Positions 63,436-64,000 of a stretch of DNA of 64,000 nucleotides are shown here, piece after piece. Each line of letters begins with the position of its first letter. The first letter of the stretch is position 1. A model generated the notes under the pieces. It worked only from the letters and a program-made list of their open reading frames with translations. It was not told the DNA's origin and did no database searches. A program made the translations under genes and the position numbers. Origin of the DNA: an uncultured Bacilli bacterium (GTDB lineage Bacteria; Bacillota_I; Bacilli_A; RF39; UBA660); NCBI GenBank assembly GCA_944372545.1, contig CALVZO010000041.1, positions 3,325-67,324 on the forward strand. The letters run 5' to 3'.

Positions 63436-63768
63436 ATGTATACTGATCGAATTTATTTGACAGTTCAAGATATTCTTGATAAAGAATTTAAAATTGATGC
63501 AAGGGGTTTCCGGCCTCAAGAGGTTGATAAATTTCTTGATATGGTTATTCGTGATTATACAGAGTACAATTCTATTATAAAAAAATTAGAAAAAGACATC
63601 AAAGATTTGACTGAAGACAACAGCAAATTGAAGCAAGAAATTAGGTATTTAAAAGAGCAATTAGAATTACAAAGTGCAACAGATAATACACCACGAACAG
63701 TAACAAACGTCGATTTGTTAAAAAGAATAAGTCAGCTAGAAAAAGTTGTATTTGGTAAAGGAGAATAA
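63436..63768 (+). CDS. gpsB: Cell-cycle protein GpsB (DivIVA-domain)
   Basis: LTVQDILDKEFKIDARGFRPQEVDKFLDMVIRDY DivIVA N-domain, followed by a coiled coil and then rnpB, as in Bacillus. Start ATG 63436 behind gaaggtg. Confidence 0.85.
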   Translation: MYTDRIYLTVQDILDKEFKIDARGFRPQEVDKFLDMVIRDYTEYNSIIKKLEKDIKDLTEDNSKLKQEIRYLKEQLELQSATDNTPRTVTNVDLLKRISQLEKVVFGKGE

Positions 63769-64000
63769 TATTTAGGCAAATGCTGCATAAAAATTTTATG
63801 TAGAGGAAAGTCCATGCTCGCACAACCTGTGATGGTTGTAGTGTTCGTGCTTAAGGAAGAAATAACTTAAGGTAGCCTAGTGCTAACAGCGTTGAAAACA
63901 TCTTTAGAAGATGCCAGTAAACATAAAGTGCCACAGAAACGAGTTGTTTAGTAATAAACAAATGAAACGCGGTAAACCTCACGAGCGAGAAACCCAAATT
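63769..64000 (+). ncRNA. rnpB: RNase P RNA (type B), 5' portion; continues beyond the window
   Basis: Conserved blocks GAGGAAAGTCCATGCTCGCAC (from 63803), GTAGTGTTCGTGC, AAAGTGCCACAG and AACGCGGTAAACC..CGAGCGAGAAACCCAAATT match B. subtilis rnpB. The 5' end is approximate. Confidence 0.88.

Noticed and set aside
581-63823. Short ORFs antisense to or nested in long conserved genes. These are 581-781, 3605-3787, 8897-9094, 13974-14192, 18334-18552, 22676-22873, 23482-23774, 27486-27668, 35754-36161, 37308-37805, 42009-42314, 53435-53824, 55863-56081, 57968-58183, 60482-60688 and 63641-63823.
   Set aside because: They lie opposite or inside genes with strong family motifs. They have low-complexity Leu/Ile/Phe/Lys-rich products typical of AT-rich antisense frames, and they lack RBSs.

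Overview
This is a strongly AT-rich chromosomal segment from an endospore-forming, low-GC Bacillota-type bacterium. The evidence is spoIIAA-sigF-spoVAC/AD/AE, a CotY/CotZ coat protein, gpsB-rnpB synteny and a T-box-controlled serS. The standard genetic code applies: TGA ends several well-bounded genes and Trp is TGG. I annotate about 60 protein genes, mostly housekeeping. They cover nucleotide metabolism (udk, folD, dCMP deaminase, two ThyX-like genes, a class III RNR cluster), scpAB, yqeG/yqeH, mutL, serS, miaB, phosphoketolase, nagZ-glmM, a MacB-type ABC transporter and sporulation genes. There are also 10 tRNAs, the 5' part of RNase P RNA, one decayed IS200/IS605-type element and three further disrupted genes. 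I found no CRISPR array, rRNA, intact transposase, integrase or recognisable complete defence system. The most unusual loci are listed here. (1) The anaerobic RNR cluster at 6.1-12.7 kb is led by an ATP-cone NrdD paralogue that lacks the catalytic cysteines and the glycyl-radical motif. It also holds an NrdD fused to a glutaredoxin-like CPNC domain, a translationally coupled thioredoxin-reductase-like gene with degenerate NADPH motifs, and two NrdG activases. (2) A spoIIAA-sigF pair has no spoIIAB, and Glu replaces the phospho-serine of SpoIIAA. (3) A ThyX-fold protein with a broken RHR signature sits inside a dCMP deaminase-folD operon, and a second, long ThyX-like gene lies elsewhere. (4) A surface-protein gene is interrupted by TGA, TAA and TAG in one frame, carries an A-poor, GC-rich 3' patch, and has a duplicated 3' flank 15 kb away. 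(5) An MvaI/BcnI-like endonuclease has no methyltransferase nearby. All family assignments come from reading motifs by eye without database searches. RNA and regulatory coordinates may be off by a few nucleotides.
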